A stretch of 63,332 bases of DNA, filler included, from Welwitschia mirabilis (GCA_051453625.1; 6 parts of one record of this genome joined end to end with filler, not necessarily neighbours in it), one strand, 5' to 3'. Shown: positions 1 to 13,898, counted from the whole stretch's first letter. Made by a program: numbers and translations. Notes: generated by a model not told the origin, from the sequence alone.

Positions 1-2410
1 TTTTATAATAATGGGATCTACTTGGGCACTTTACTTTGAGCTGATGTGTGATGCTAGCAATTTTGCTATGGGTGGGGTTCTTTGTTAAATGTATGAGGAG
101 GACTTCAAAGTTATATCTTACCATAGCAATTCATTATCCAGAGCTTAGATGAACTACACTACTACAAAAAAAGAAATTCTTATCATTATCTTTTGTCTTG
201 ATTCTCTTAGATACTCTCTTTTAAGCACAGGAATGTTTATACTGACNNNNNNNNNNNNNNNNNNNNNNNNNNNNNNNNNNNNNNNNNNNNNNNNNNNNNN
301 NNNNNNNNNNNNNNNNNNNNNNNNNNNNNNNNNNNNNNNNNNNNNNNNNNNNNNNNNNNNNNNNNNNNNNNNNNNNNNNNNNNNNNNNNNNNNNNNNNNN
401 NNNNNNNNNNNNNNNNNNNNNNNNNNNNNNNNNNNNNNNNNNNNNNNNNNNNNNNNNNNNNNNNNNNNNNNNNNNNNNNNNNNNNNNNNNNNNNNNNNNN
501 NNNNNNNNNNNNNNNNNNNNNNNNNNNNNNNNNNNNNNNNNNNNNNNNNNNNNNNNNNNNNNNNNNNNNNNNNNNNNNNNNNNNNNNNNNNNNNNNNNNN
601 NNNNNNNNNNNNNNNNNNNNNNNNNNNNNNNNNNNNNNNNNNNNNNNNNNNNNNNNNNNNNNNNNNNNNNNNNNNNNNNNNNNNNNNNNNNNNNNNNNNN
701 NNNNNNNNNNNNNNNNNNNNNNNNNNNNNNNNNNNNNNNNNNNNNNNNNNNNNNNNNNNNNNNNNNNNNNNNNNNNNNNNNNNNNNNNNNNNNNNNNNNN
801 NNNNNNNNNNNNNNNNNNNNNNNNNNNNNNNNNNNNNTATTCTTAAGTGTTAGCCTTTTGATTATTAGGGTACTGATTTTATGGGCCCTATTCACCCACC
901 TTCTTACAATAAAAATTACATTTTAGTGGCTGTTGATTATGTGACTAAATGGGTTGAAGTCATACCTACTCCTTTGAATAATGCCCGAACCATTTGTTAT
1001 TTTCTTAGATCTTATATTTTTAGAGATTTGGTTTTTCTTAAATCATCATTAGTGATTAGGGTACTTATATTATTAATTTTCTTTTCAAAAAACTTCTTCT
1101 ATCCATTGGAATTGAACATAGAATATCTTGTGCTTATCATCCTCAAATAAATGAACAAGCCAAAAATGCTAATAGAGAAATAGAGAAAATGCCTCAAAAA
1201 CTTATCTTTGTTAATAAAAAGACTTGGGCTTCTAAACTTAACAATGTACTTTGGGATTACTATACTACTTGGCATACTTCTCTTGGTTTCTCATCTTACG
1301 AACTTGTTTGTGGTAAAGTTTGTGTTTTATTGATTGATGTGTGTTACAATTCTTATTGTATANNNNNNNNNNNNNNNNNNNNNNNNNNNNNNNNNNNNNN
1401 NNNNNNNNNNNNNNNNNNNNNNNNNNNNNNNNNNNNNNNNNNNNNNNNNNNNNNNNNNNNNNNNNNNNNNNNNNNNNNNNNNNNNNNNNNNNNNNNNNNN
1501 NNNNNNNNNNNNNNNNNNNNNNNNNNNNNNNNNNNNNNNNNNNNNNNNNNNNNNNNNNNNNNNNNNNNNNNNNNNNNNNNNNNNNNNNNNNNNNNNNNNN
1601 NNNNNNNNNNNNNNNNNNNNNNNNNNNNNNNNNNNNNNNNNNNNNNNNNNNNNNNNNNNNNNNNNNNNNNNNNNNNNNNNNNNNNNNNNNNNNNNNNNNN
1701 NNNNNNNNNNNNNNNNNNNNNNNNNNNNNNNNNNNNNNNNNNNNNNNNNNNNNNNNNNNNNNNNNNNNNNNNNNNNNNNNNNNNNNNNNNNNNNNNNNNN
1801 NNNNNNNNNNNNNNNNNNNNNNNNNNNNNNNNNNNNNNNNNNNNNNNNNNNNNNNNNNNNNNNNNNNNNNNNNNNNNNNNNNNNNNNNNNNNNNNNNNNN
1901 NNNNNNNNNNNNNNNNNNNNNNNNNNNNNNNNNNNNNNNNNNNNNNNNNNNNNNNNNNNNNNNNNNNNNNNNNNNNNNNNNNNNNNNNNNNNNNNNNNNN
2001 NNNNNNNNNNNNNNNNNNNNNNNNNNNNNNNNNNNNNNNNNNNNNNNNNNNNNNNNNNNNNNNNNNNNNNNNNNNNNNNNNNNNNNNNNNNNNNNNNNNN
2101 NNNNNNNNNNNNNTTAAAAAAATTTCATAAAAAGTTTAAACCAGGTAAACTTTTTTTATTTTATAACACTCAAGTTCACCTTTTGAATAACAAGTTGACC
2201 TCTAAATAATTAGGTCCTTATCTTGTACAGAAGGTATATTTTAATGGCTCAGTTAAAATTTTATATTTGAAAACTAAAGAGATTCAGAAGATTAATGGGT
2301 AATAGTTGAAATTATATGAGGGAACTTTAGATGTAACTATGAACATGGTAGAAGCACTTGTTTTGAAAGTTCCCCTCAGTGAGGAGGACTTCCTCCCTAT
2401 TATTGTCTAA
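1..2410 (+). mobile_element. Athila-like Ty3/gypsy pol relic (RNase H, integrase, integrase C-terminus), disrupted and gapped
   Basis: RNase H-like FELMCDASNFAMGGVL at the window start. Integrase DFMGPIHPPSYNKNYILVAVDYVTKWVE at 876-960, then YHPQINEQAKNANREI and LVCGKVC. C-terminal KKFKPGKLFLFYN...KLTSK*LGPY after the gap. Stops and frameshifts throughout. Confidence 0.9.
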
Positions 2411-3944
2411 GTTCTTTTTTATCTTACTCCTTTGGTTAAATATTATAATATTACTTAATCATCTTTTAAACTTGACTTGCATATTACTTTGTAAAGTATC
2501 ATAATTAGTCTTATACTTGGTCATTTACAGGTGGTAAGATTGGATTTACCCAATCTTGAGACATTCCCATGTTTATGGACTTTATTTAAAGGAAGATTCC
2601 TTAGTTTCTTGTGTCTTTTCAATGATGTTTAAATCTTAGATTATTTGGAAGTGCTCTTTTCTGTCTTTTATCTTTCTTATTCACCTTCATCTTTCTTGAA
2701 TGTATGATCATGTGGAAATNNNNNNNNNNNNNNNNNNNNNNNNNNNNNNNNNNNNNNNNNNNNNNNNNNNNNNNNNNNNNNNNNNNNNNNNNNNNNNNNN
2801 NNNNNNNNNNNNNNNNNNNNNNNNNNNNNNNNNNNNNNNNNNNNNNNNNNNNNNNNNNNNNNNNNNNNNNNNNNNNNNNNNNNNNNNNNNNNNNNNNNNN
2901 NNNNNNNNNNNTGTTTCATAGGTTCTTACTCCTCTCATGGTGGTTGCACTCTCCTAATCATGAAAAAAGAAATAAAACCCTTAGTATTCCCACTTGATTA
3001 TTCCTTTTCAAGATTCTGGTGAGTTTGTGGGGTAGAAGCAGGTGAGTCCATTTCTAAGTAACTTTTGGTTTTGACATTTATTGTTTTACACACTTAAAAC
3101 TTTGGATATCACCATAACTACTATATTTTTTAATTAACTTTATGGAGTTAATATATTTTAGCATGCATATTTACTTAGGTGATGTTATAATATTTTCTTT
3201 AGAGTTTGCTAGGTTAGTACTTAGGATAGGTAAACCATCTTCTTCTTGTTCCTTATGTCCATTTTTACTTTGGTTTTCTTCTATTTTTTGAGTCTACTAT
3301 TTTAAAGTCCTTTTTGCATTTTCTTATTTTTTTGGGACTTTAATCATTTAGTAGTTTATTTTGTTGTTTAAATTATGATAAAACATTTTTCTCCATTTCT
3401 TTTCTCATGATTTGGTAATTTGGGACATATTGCATCTTTTAAGAGGAGTAAGACATAGTTTTAGTATTTTTGATATTTTTTAGTCAATTATAAAAACCAT
3501 TATTGCAGATCCTCCTTTCTTTCCCCCTACTTCTGAACTAGGATTCGTCATGCATAGACAAGGAAAGTGATTCTACATTTTGTTTCAGCATGGTGTACTA
3601 ATTTAATCTGATTTTTATATGATTATCTTTACATTTGGCTATTTATCATGATTAATTAACAGAGAAAATTGATTTGTGTCACAGGTTTCACTTTTAAAAA
3701 TCCTTTGTAAAAACATGTCATCCTCCCTATCGTCCGAACGACTATACTAGATGACCAATCTTTGATGCTATGTAGGTATTTATATTCAGTGTTTTGAATT
3801 TTCTAGAAATTCTATCTATCCTTGAAATATTTTTTGAATATTTTTTAGATAATTTCTTCAAATATCATAGTTATTTTTTATTTTCTAAAAGGTTGGCTCA
3901 CAAATGTGGTTTACCACCTGGTTTTATTAGGGACTGATAAGTCT

Positions 3945-3955
3945 AAGTGGGGGGA
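3945..3955 (+). other. Polypurine tract of the Athila-like element
   Basis: AAGTGGGGGGA lies 2 nt before a TG LTR start. The context (ggactgataagtctaagtggggg) mirrors the minus-strand PPT context at 17631-17655. Confidence 0.8.
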
Positions 3956-3957
3956 TA

Positions 3958-5057
3958 TGTTACACCACCAACTTATGTGTATTTAATAGGGTATTCTAAG
4001 TTGTTTTGCAAGAAAATTGGTAAATAAATGCTTAGTTCTCATGCTAATGGAGAATCAAGATGAAAAGAATAAAAAGCTATGATTTCCAAATAAATTACAA
4101 TAATTCTATGTAGATATTAATAAATGATATTTTTGGATGATAATTCTTGTAAACAACAAAGTGATTAGATTGACTGAAAATCCACTAAAAACTATCGTCC
4201 ACTTCATTGTCTGGACATCAGTATGGACGACTACGCAACTGGTCGATAAGAGGTCTCATAGGCATTCAGCCTGGCAGAAAACATGTAATCTAACTATCAG
4301 TCAGCATCATCTCCTATATCATCCAAATGACTAGAGGGATAACACTATTTTCTTATACTTTTACTAAATGTTCACCTAAGCTAGCACCACTTAATTACGA
4401 CTTTTCTTTGCATGACAGTTAGGCTTTTTCCTATGCTTTTCTATCAGTTTTCTTTCTTATTTTGAGTCTATAAATAAAGGTTTTCCACTTGATTTCTAAT
4501 TATCTTTGACGGTACCCGACATACTCATGATAGAAGATCGAAGAACCAGAGAAGCATTCTATAATTTTAGAGAGATGTTTCCTTGGTATTAGGCAGCATT
4601 TCCTCCATTGAGGAATGACTACTTTGTAATACCGATGTGATATTATTTTCAATAATAAAATATTTTCTTTTATGCTTAGATGTATAAATGATCTTCTTCC
4701 TCATAGTTTATGTTGTTTGAGATTCAGTGACAAGCTTCTTTTATTATATAGATTATGAGGGCAACCTTTGCTAAGGTTATGCTTAGTTAGTTTAGGTGCA
4801 TCGCTATTTCTTTTTCTAGATTAGACTTACATAGGTATGTTTTATTTCATTTCCATGCATTTAAAATTATTTCTATAAGTTATGGTTACCATATTTTTAT
4901 CTTAAAAGTAACTCTTTTATTTCTATACTTTAGCCTTTAATGGATTACAACATTCGAATCACTCCCATCTATATAGTGTGTTGTGTTTGTGCATATTATT
5001 TTTAATTAATAGAATTTAGATCAGGACATAAACGTTGCATAAATATGCACTGCAATG
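3958..5057 (+). repeat. 3' LTR (~1.1 kb) of the Athila-like element
   Basis: Starts TGTTAC right after the PPT and has a TATAAATA box near 4468. Its end (ttgcataaatatgcactgcaa) aligns with the ends of the other LTRs. A homologous copy starts at 47456. Confidence 0.75.
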
Positions 5058-8000
5058 GTCCTCATAAAAATAATTATTGGAATAGTGGTTTAAAATATTT
5101 CGGTTGAGGTTGTAAGGATTAGAGGGATATAAAGATTTAAGACTAATAGAAGATTCTTCTTCATACTCAAACAAGGTAGAGTTATGTAATCAAAGGAGCC
5201 TTTCTTTTAAATGATGATGTTTAACTAATATGTTTTACCTAACTCTTTCTTCTATGTTTAATTCTTCTTCCATATCTTTTTTAGTATCATTAAATACTCT
5301 GATACTGAAATTTTTATTACCTATATGAAATTCCATCATCCCTATGCAAGTATCAATGACACAATAGGCTATTGCACAAAAGGGTCTTTCTAAAAGTAGA
5401 GGGTATCTCCTATAGGGTATAAATATTTCTTAATCTATATCACTAAATCTTTGATTATTCCTATAGGTTTCTAAATCAATGCGTTAGCCAATTCCAACAC
5501 TATCTTTATAGGTTCAATTCTTCCTTCTTATCCAAGCTTTTTACAAATGTGTAAAGATATAATATTGATAATTACTTATATGTCTATTAAGTATTTCTTA
5601 ATTTTCTTCCAAAATAATACTAATAGTGGCTTCCATTGGATCTTTGTGTAATGAATACTTTATTTGGAATTATCCTCTTTTGTTTTCTTTTGANNNNNNN
5701 NNNNNNNNNNNNNNNNNNNNNNNNNNNNNNNNNNNNNNNNNNNNNNNNNNNNNNNNNNNNNNNNNNNNNNNNNNNNNNNNNNNNNNNNNNNNNNNNNNNN
5801 NNNNNNNNNNNNNNNNNNNNNNNNNNNNNNNNNNNNNNNNNNNNNNNNNNNNNNNNNNNNNNNNNNNNNNNNNNNNNNNNNNNNNNNNNNNNNNNNNNNN
5901 NNNNNNNNNNNNNNNNNNNNNNNNNNNNNNNNNNNNNNNNNNNNNNNNNNNNNNNNNNNNNNNNNNNNNNNNNNNNNNNNNNNNNNNNNNNNNNNNNNNN
6001 NNNNNNNNNNNNNNNNNNNNNNNNNNNNNNNNNNNNNNNNNNNNNNNNNAGTGGCTTCCATTGGATCTTTGTGTAATGAATGCTTTATTTGGAATTATCC
6101 TCTTTTATTTTCTTTTGAGTAAGTTCTTCCAAATTATGTTGTACTTGGGTCTATCTTAAACAATCTTCCAAAAAGAATAGATTAATAGTAACATTATTAA
6201 TATTTGATTTCAAACACTCATCGTAAGTTGGATTGTTGTTTAATCTTTATAGCCATGGAGTAGTTTTTTTCTTTGGATATTGGTTGTTGTAGTTGGATTT
6301 AGCATTGAGAGTAGGAGGAAAGTTTAGTTGATCAAGAATTTAATGTCATCTTATTTAGGTTTTTCCTTATATTTATGGATATAATTTGAAGGTTACTCAT
6401 AAGGAATAGTATTATGTCCACTTCTAGTTACTACTTTTGAATCTTTCTTTACATCATTTGGATTTGGATTAGTTTATATGGCAAGTGATCCTTGAGATAT
6501 TTAATTTCTTAACATGTTTTATCAAAGGAGACCAATCAAATTTTCTAAGTATTTATTTTGATTTTTCAAGATTTTATTAGTGATATCTTATTTCTTTTTA
6601 AGTTCCTGCATCATTTATCTATAAGGATCATTTTAACTATAGTTAAAAGTTGGGTTGAATGTTATGACCTCTATATTTATTATCAAATGAAGATTTGAAA
6701 GATGTTAAAGGTTCATTATTTCTTAGTGAATATTATTGGTTGCCTCAAAATTTTTTTTCCTTTGATTGAATGCATAAAATTCATTAAATATGGCCTCTCT
6801 ACAAGTTGATAAAGCTGGGCATTCATTACTAGAGTGATATTTCTCATTACATGTTTCATAATGATTGATTTAATTTAGTAATTTTGCATCAATTAAAATT
6901 TTTTTGTAACTATCCAATGTACTAGCAGGATCACTAAGTAGGATGTTAACTTTTGGTTGTTCTTCTTAATATTGCACCTTTTTTGAGTCTACAAGCATTT
7001 CATCTATAGTTCTAGTATCTGTACATGTAGTTTTTAGCCAATTTTAACTTCTTTATATAAGATATTATAATAAGTTCCATGCATTGTCTAAAATTAAATT
7101 GAGTAAAACTCCACCACATAAAAAATCTATAATTTATCATATTTGACTATTCAATCCATTATATAAGTGATTAATAATTTCTTGTTTTTCAAAATCATTC
7201 ATTAGGTTGAATGACATGACAATTAAGAATCTTTCATATGTTGAGCAATAATCTTTATGAGGGTATTGTTGAAAATTTGTTACATTCTTTCTTCTTGTTC
7301 TCATAACTATCTCATTTATAAACTATTTGATAAAGACTTCTTATACTTGATTTCATAATTTAAGACTTCTATGTGGAATGGTTTTAAGCTAATTTTTTTC
7401 TTTTCCCAAGGTAAATGAAAAGATTATCACATAGGTCCTATCTAAAATTTTATTTTTCCCATTTCTTAAAGTAAGGATGAGTTGTTNNNNNNNNNNNNNN
7501 NNNNNNNNNNNNNNNNNNNNNNNNNNNNNNNNNNNNNNNNNNNNNNNNNNNNNNNNNNNNNNNNNNNNNNNNNNNNNNNNNNNNNNTGTATAACTCTTAA
7601 ATGTGCTAGTAATATCACTAAGTACAGGGTTAACCTTTGGTTGTTATCCTTCATGTTGCAACTTTTTTGAGTCTCTAAGCATTTCACCCATAGTTCTAGT
7701 GTCTTTACATGTAGTTTTTGGCCAACTTTGAATTCTTTCTACAAGGTTTTCTAATAAGTTCTAAGAATTGTCTAAGGCTAAATTGAGTAAATCTCCATTA
7801 CATAAAAAATCTACCATTTGTCTAATTTGACTATTCAATCCACTATAGAAGTGATTAATAAGTTCTTGTTTTTAAACTCATTTACTAAATTGGATGACAT
7901 TGTAATTAAGAATCTTTCATATGTTGAAGAATAATCTTCATGAGGGTATTGTTGATAATTTGTTACTTCTTTTTTTCTTATCCTCATAATTATCTTATTC

Positions 8001-8330
8001 ATGAACCATTTGATAAAGACTTCTTGTACATGATTACATAACTTAAGACTTCTATGTGAAATGGTTTTAAGCCAATTTTTTGCTTTTCCTTTTAAGGTAA
8101 ATGAAAAGATTATCATGTAGGTCCTATCTGAAATTTTATTTTTCTTATTTCTTAAAGTAAGGATGAGTTGTTCAATATTGGCTATGTGTTGGAATGGGTC
8201 TTTATTAGGTTCTGCAGAAAAGATAATAGGCATTCAAGTTTTTTAACTCTACATCATCTTTAGGAGTAGGTTAAATAGATTTTCAAGTTTCCTCTTTTTA
8301 TTAGCTAACATATCCTTTAAAGTGACATTT
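5058..8330 (-). mobile_element. Athila-like gag-protease relic, truncated by the adjacent LTR
   Basis: Gag ORF 7835-8233 (FSAEPNKDPFQHIANIEQL...FSFTLKGKAKNWL). Protease region ~5330-5645 (KDP...IEPIKIVLELANALI*KPIG...PLLLERPF). Homologous to 19123-21200 and 44400-46701. Confidence 0.85.
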
Positions 8331-9489
8331 AAATTAGAGTATCATGATATTTTGACTGAAGATTTGTTATATGTCATATATGTAAGAGTATTAGGATGGA
8401 TAGGTAAAAGAGGAAAGGCATGATTTTTAGTAGGAATTGGTTAATTTTAGAAATTTCCAAAGACTTAGGAGTATGCAAATAAGAAATAGTAAATTCCCTT
8501 CTTACCTTAAATTCTTGAATTAATGTCCATCAAATTTTCTTTGATTACTTCATTAAGGAAATGTTTTTCATGATTGTATTTGTCTTTACTATGTTATGTT
8601 AAACAAACTTCTTTACATTCAAGTGGCATTAATCTTCAGGATTATACAAATGTGTAAGAAGTAGAATATAGCAAATGAATGTGGTAATTAATCACATTTC
8701 ATGAAGCATAAAGTGTAGGCCAAGTCTATTGAAAATCATATCAATATGTTAATTCTCAAGATCACATGAAGTGTGAGGGGTAGAACTGATAAATTGATAA
8801 ACTAAAATATGAATTCTTTAAATTAAAATTGCATTTTAAAGTAAATTAAAAAAATTGCAAAAAATTAAAAATATAATTTTCAAGAAAGGAAATTAAAGTA
8901 CACTTCAAATAGATAATCAAATAATTACTTATAGACTAAAATGTAATCAAGTAATTATAAGTAAANNNNNNNNNNNNNNNNNNNNNNNNNNNNNNNNNNN
9001 NNNNNNNNNNNNNNNNNNNNNNNNNNNNNNNNNNNNNNNNNNNNNNNNNNNNNNNNNNNNNNNNNNNNNNNNNNNNNNNNNNNNNNNNNNNNNNNNNNNN
9101 NNNNNNNNNNNNNNNNNNNNNNNNNNNNNNNNNNNNNNNNNNNNNNNNNNNNNNNNNNNNNNNNNNNNNNNNNNNNNNNNNNNNNNNNNNNNNNNNNNNN
9201 NNNNNNNNNNNNNNNNNNNNNNNNNNNNNNNNNNNNNNNNNNNNNNNNNNNNNNNNNNNNNNNNNNNNNNNNNNNNNNNNNNNNNNNNNNNNNNNNNNNN
9301 NNNNNNNNNNNNNNNNNNNNNNNNNNNNNNNNNNNNNNNNNNNNNNNNNNNNNNNNNNNNNNNNNNNNNNNNNNNNNNNNNNNNNNNNNNNNNNNNNNNN
9401 NNNNNNNNNNNNNNNNNNNNNNNNNNNNNNNNNNNNNNNNNNNNNNNNNNNNNNNNNNNNNNNNNNNNNNNNNNNNNNNNNNNNNNNNG

Positions 9490-10620
9490 TATTTAAACTT
9501 CTAATTCCAATATTTTAAAGATTAAATTTAACTTATAAAATCTAAAAAGATAATAATATAATTGCATATAATACACATTTATATAGTGGGATCAATCCAA
9601 ATATCATACTCTTATAAAAGACTTCTAAAAGATAACATTGAAAACTACTTTTATAAAAAGAAGAATAACTTGTTTTGAAATTTTGATTTGTATGAAATAA
9701 AATTAAACAAGGCAAAGATGAAGATGGAATGCAATGAAATGAAATGTAATAAATGCAATTCTAATGCAATGAATTAATTAAACTTACAATCTACTATCAC
9801 TTAGATTAGTCCTTATAACCTATTTTAATTACAAATTCATGTTACTTAAATTGTAATTAAGATAAGCTATAAGGTAGAATAATAAAAAATTTGAAAAGTT
9901 TTCAATTCAATTAATACTTTTATTAATGAAATTGAATTTCATCCAGTTATGACAACAACTCCACAATGGAAGATTTACTTCCTAACACTAAGGTTGTATT
10001 TCTTATAAGTAGGATGGATCTCCTTGCCTTCAACAATCCCCAATCATCACAAGAATGTAGATGAAAAAGGATAATTNNNNNNNNNNNNNNNNNNNNNNNN
10101 NNNNNNNNNNNNNNNNNNNNNNNNNNNNNNNNNNNNNNNNNNNNNNNNNNNNNNNNNNNNNNNNNNNNNNNNNNNNATAAAAATGTAGATGCAAAAAATG
10201 ATTTTGAATAGGGTCTGAAAGGATCTATTTATAGGTTGGGACAGGTTGCTAAAAGGGGTGAAATGAAGAGGTATGAGTTATATCCATCCTTTCATAACAA
10301 TTTAATTAAGTTTATAAATTATTTTAACTATCATCTATTGTGTTGTTTCCATGACATAGAGGATGATACTCCATCTACCAATTAATTTTTAGCATGTGCC
10401 AAAAATGCTTACTATCATCCTAATCATCATTCCCTTAATAGATAGGACCATACTTTTCTAACTATCATTACCTCTATCGTCCCCACAATATGGAGGGTGA
10501 CCATAATTTCTTTATCACATTGCTTTGGTTTATCATTATTCTAAAATGTCTTCAAATATTAGAAATTATCCTATCTTTTAACCTATATGGAAGATTTATA
10601 TAATTCACATAAATCCTTGA
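9490..10620 (-). repeat. Probable 5' LTR of the minus-strand Athila-like relic
   Basis: Has the same LTR-type features as 16273-17627: GAAATG/AATGCA-rich block near 9720-9780, ctatttatag TATA complement near 10225, and TCATC/GATGA motifs. Boundaries uncertain. Confidence 0.45.
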
Positions 10621-12580
10621 AAAACCTATCCGTAAGGTCTAAAAATGTGATTCATAAGTGTATTAAATAGGTTAACTTGGCATTACAATAAACTCATAAT
10701 GCCCATAGTGAGCTCTAAATTTTGTTTTATAAATATCTTATTCCTTAATTTGAACTTGGTAATATCTAAATTTTAAATCAAGTTTCAAGAATACCTTAGC
10801 TTGCTTGAATTGATTAAAAAGATTGTTTATTCTTATTAGTAAATACTTATTCTTAATGATAACTTTATTTGACTATCTATAATTAATGCATAATCTTAGT
10901 GTTTTATCTTTTTTTTTTACAAGTAATATAGGTTCTCTCCATGGTGATATGCTAGGATGAATAAATCCTTTTTATAAGAGTTCTTCAAGCTGAATTTTTA
11001 ATTTTTTATTTCTATCAAAGACATTTTATATAGTGTGTTAAAAATTGATTATATTGTTAGGGCCAATTCAATGAAAAACTTAACTTTCCAAAGTGGTGGT
11101 ATTCCTAGTAATTCTGTTGCAAATACATCAAGATATTCTTGAATTATTGGTATATTCTTTACTAAAGTCTCTTCTTTCATTAAATTAATTAATTTTAGGT
11201 ATGACATATAAACTAGTGAATCTTTCTTAATTTCTTTTTTATATGATTTACATTAATTAAATTCTTCATTGCTAGTTTTTAATGACCTTGAAAGATTATT
11301 CTTTAATCATAATTCATTCTTTCTCCTTGATGCTTTTCACAATATATAATTTTTATGTTTTGTAGTAATTAGTTCATACCCAAAACAATGTTGCATTTGT
11401 CTAACTTGATAATAGTTGGTTGCATCTGAAAATCGCTTCTACTTATAAATAAAGTATAGTTTTGAACTTGCTAATTAACTTTGAATATGAACTCATTTAC
11501 TAGCTCTATGCATCCCTCAATTAGAGCATAACATAATTTTTCTCTTATAATAATCCTAGCAGATAAAAAGAAATGATTTGTTTTATAATTAAATAAAATA
11601 ATTAATTTTTTTATTATTAAGTAAAGCCTTATCTTCTATGATAAATTTTTAGAATTGTATCCCTTAATCATTTACTACTACTTAAAATTTTCTTATTAAT
11701 TAAGAAATGCTTTTTAACCTTTAAGGATTTTCTAGTTACTATTTAGGAGTATCTCCATTATGTAATGGACATCCTTTTACTTTATGATTTTCCTTGCATT
11801 GGAAGCATCTATCTCCATTATACTAGTTCTGGTACTGATAGTAACTAGAAATTTGCTAATAATTGTATCCATGAAATTGAGTACTTGCATAGTTTTGGTT
11901 AGGAACATTCTAGTTTCTTTGAATAGATCCTACTTAGGTTTAACTAATACTAACATTTTTTTTTAAAGTGATAATTATTATTTTAATAAGATAGTTGTAA
12001 ATAATTTTCTTTAAGGAATTGTTTTTGTGAAGGAATTTTCTTCTTATTTTCTTGTTGTCTATGCCAATTTTGTTTTTCTATCTTTGCCTTTTCTATAGCG
12101 TCTTCTAGATTTTTATATTGAAACATAGATACTTTGATAATAATAAAAGAAAGAATACTATCAATAAAGAGATTTGTTTGAGCTCTTCATTTAGATGCAT
12201 ATCTTAATAACTCTATAAATTTGCAATCATGAGATGCTATGGTTACATTAGGGGCTTGTCTTAAATTTTAGAATTCTATAATCATTTAGTGAATATAAAA
12301 CTTACATCTCCTTAAAGAGGTGCTTAAATTCCCTCCATAAAAGCTCTAAATCTTCTAATTTGATCATTTCCATTTTCTACAATAAGTTAACTTCTCCTAG
12401 TAATATATAAATGACTAAAGAAACCTTTTCATATTCATCACTTTCTAAGGTAGCTATAACCTTTTCAAAATTACTGAGTCATGCTTCTTATTTGGAAGGA
12501 TTTAAATCTCCTATAAACTTTGGTGGACTTGTGTTAATAGGATTTTAAATTAATTTCCTTATACCCACTTCCCTAAGTTG
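10620..12580 (-). mobile_element. Tekay/Del-type (chromovirus-like) Ty3/gypsy gag-protease-RT relic
   Basis: Gag PPKFIGDLNPSK*EA*L near 12480-12527. Protease IILFNYKTNHFFLS (decayed LFDSGATHSF) near 11560-11602. RT EYLDVF...[32 protein letters not shown]...HYGHYEFIVMP at 10679-11150. Confidence 0.9.
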
Positions 12581-12759
12581 ATTGATACTATTAACATGTA
12601 AAAATTAACATTACAATTAAGTTAAATAACTAATGAATCTTAATGAAATATATTAATATTATTGATTTCATCATAAAAACATTTCTTAACTATTTCCCAT
12701 AACATCTTCAAGTTTTTTAATCTTAATTAAAGTACATTACTTAATATCATAATCATTAG

Positions 12760-13896
12760 AGCCAAGATGCCAAAGTCACTATTTAGAATCATTAGGATTA
12801 TCAATCTTTCTACACAAATCACCTTCAAATTCATGTTTTTTACTTATCATGGAAAATTAGATAAAATGCAATTATAGGATTTATCTAATTCTAGATTATA
12901 AATCAATTGCATTCTTAATGATACATGGTAGTGATGATGAAGATTTGTAAAGAAATATTTGACAAGGTTGATTAGGATGATAGTGGAGACACAAGGTATA
13001 GTCAATTGCTAGTAGCATCTATAGTACTTTAGAGTCAAGCATTGATGTCGTCATAAGCATCTTCATCCACTGGAAAAGAAGACAACCTGTCCTACCTAAT
13101 GTAATTATGTAACCATCCATTTAATGCTATAAGCCAATGACTTATAACTACCTCTCTTCCTTATCTCTTATTATAAAAGAGCCTTGAATCCTTTATTGTA
13201 TTATCTTTGGCTTGAAGAATTGTAGAAGCTTGAAGCATTAACTTGTGATGGCTTTCTAGGCAACTCTTTAGGGAAGTGAACTAGTCTTTAAGGATTGCTA
13301 AAGATTTTTTTTCTTCTTCTTTTTTATTTGCTATAAAGTTATTTCTTTTTTTAATGTAAAAGTTGTTTTTCTTTTGATTTTAATTCATAAGTAATATTAT
13401 AATTGAAATGCTATAGTAACTACTTTAATAATCAAGTTTATCTTAGTTATGTAAATTCCTTTTAATCACCCAGTCTAGGTTTTTTAATGGCATAGATCTT
13501 GAGTACTTTAGGAGTTATTACTTTTTATTATTCTTTTAAGATTAAAGTATTAAATGAATTTATCATTTATCACATGGTAAATGAGATTATTCCTATGAAT
13601 TAAACCAAAATCACTTGATGTTTTAAGTATTTTATAGGAAGGTAATTGAATAACATTAGAGTGAAAGATTGCTTAGGCTAAATTGGTGATACCTCAAAGC
13701 TAGTTTGCTTCCCTTCTTTCTCAAGACAAACTTAAAATCCAAATCTAAAATCATCTCTTTTTATTTTTCCTTTTATTTATAATTTATAACTTGCATTAAA
13801 GTTTAGTTAGTATAATTTTAAACTTAAACTCATGTTATTTATTAGCTAATGTAAACTTGAGTTTAAATTCCGTTCACTGTACTACACTAGTCAACA
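12760..13896 (+). repeat. LTR of another Athila-like element, followed by a PBS
   Basis: Ends TCAACA at 13896, directly followed by a decayed PBS. TATAAAA near 13173. Left boundary approximate. Confidence 0.6.
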
Positions 13897-13898
13897 TT

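Noticed and set aside
149-2209. Long ORFs made mostly of X (also 14825-15628, 30743-31619, 48997-49759, 61737-62831 and others)
   Set aside because: They are open only because N-runs contain no stop codons.
2521-3046. Exon-like stretch (tttacag|gtgg ... gcag|gtgagt) suggesting a host gene or Athila env-like ORF
   Set aside because: It lies between pol and the PPT of the Athila element, is gapped and full of stops, and shows no recognisable protein motif. Too weak to call.
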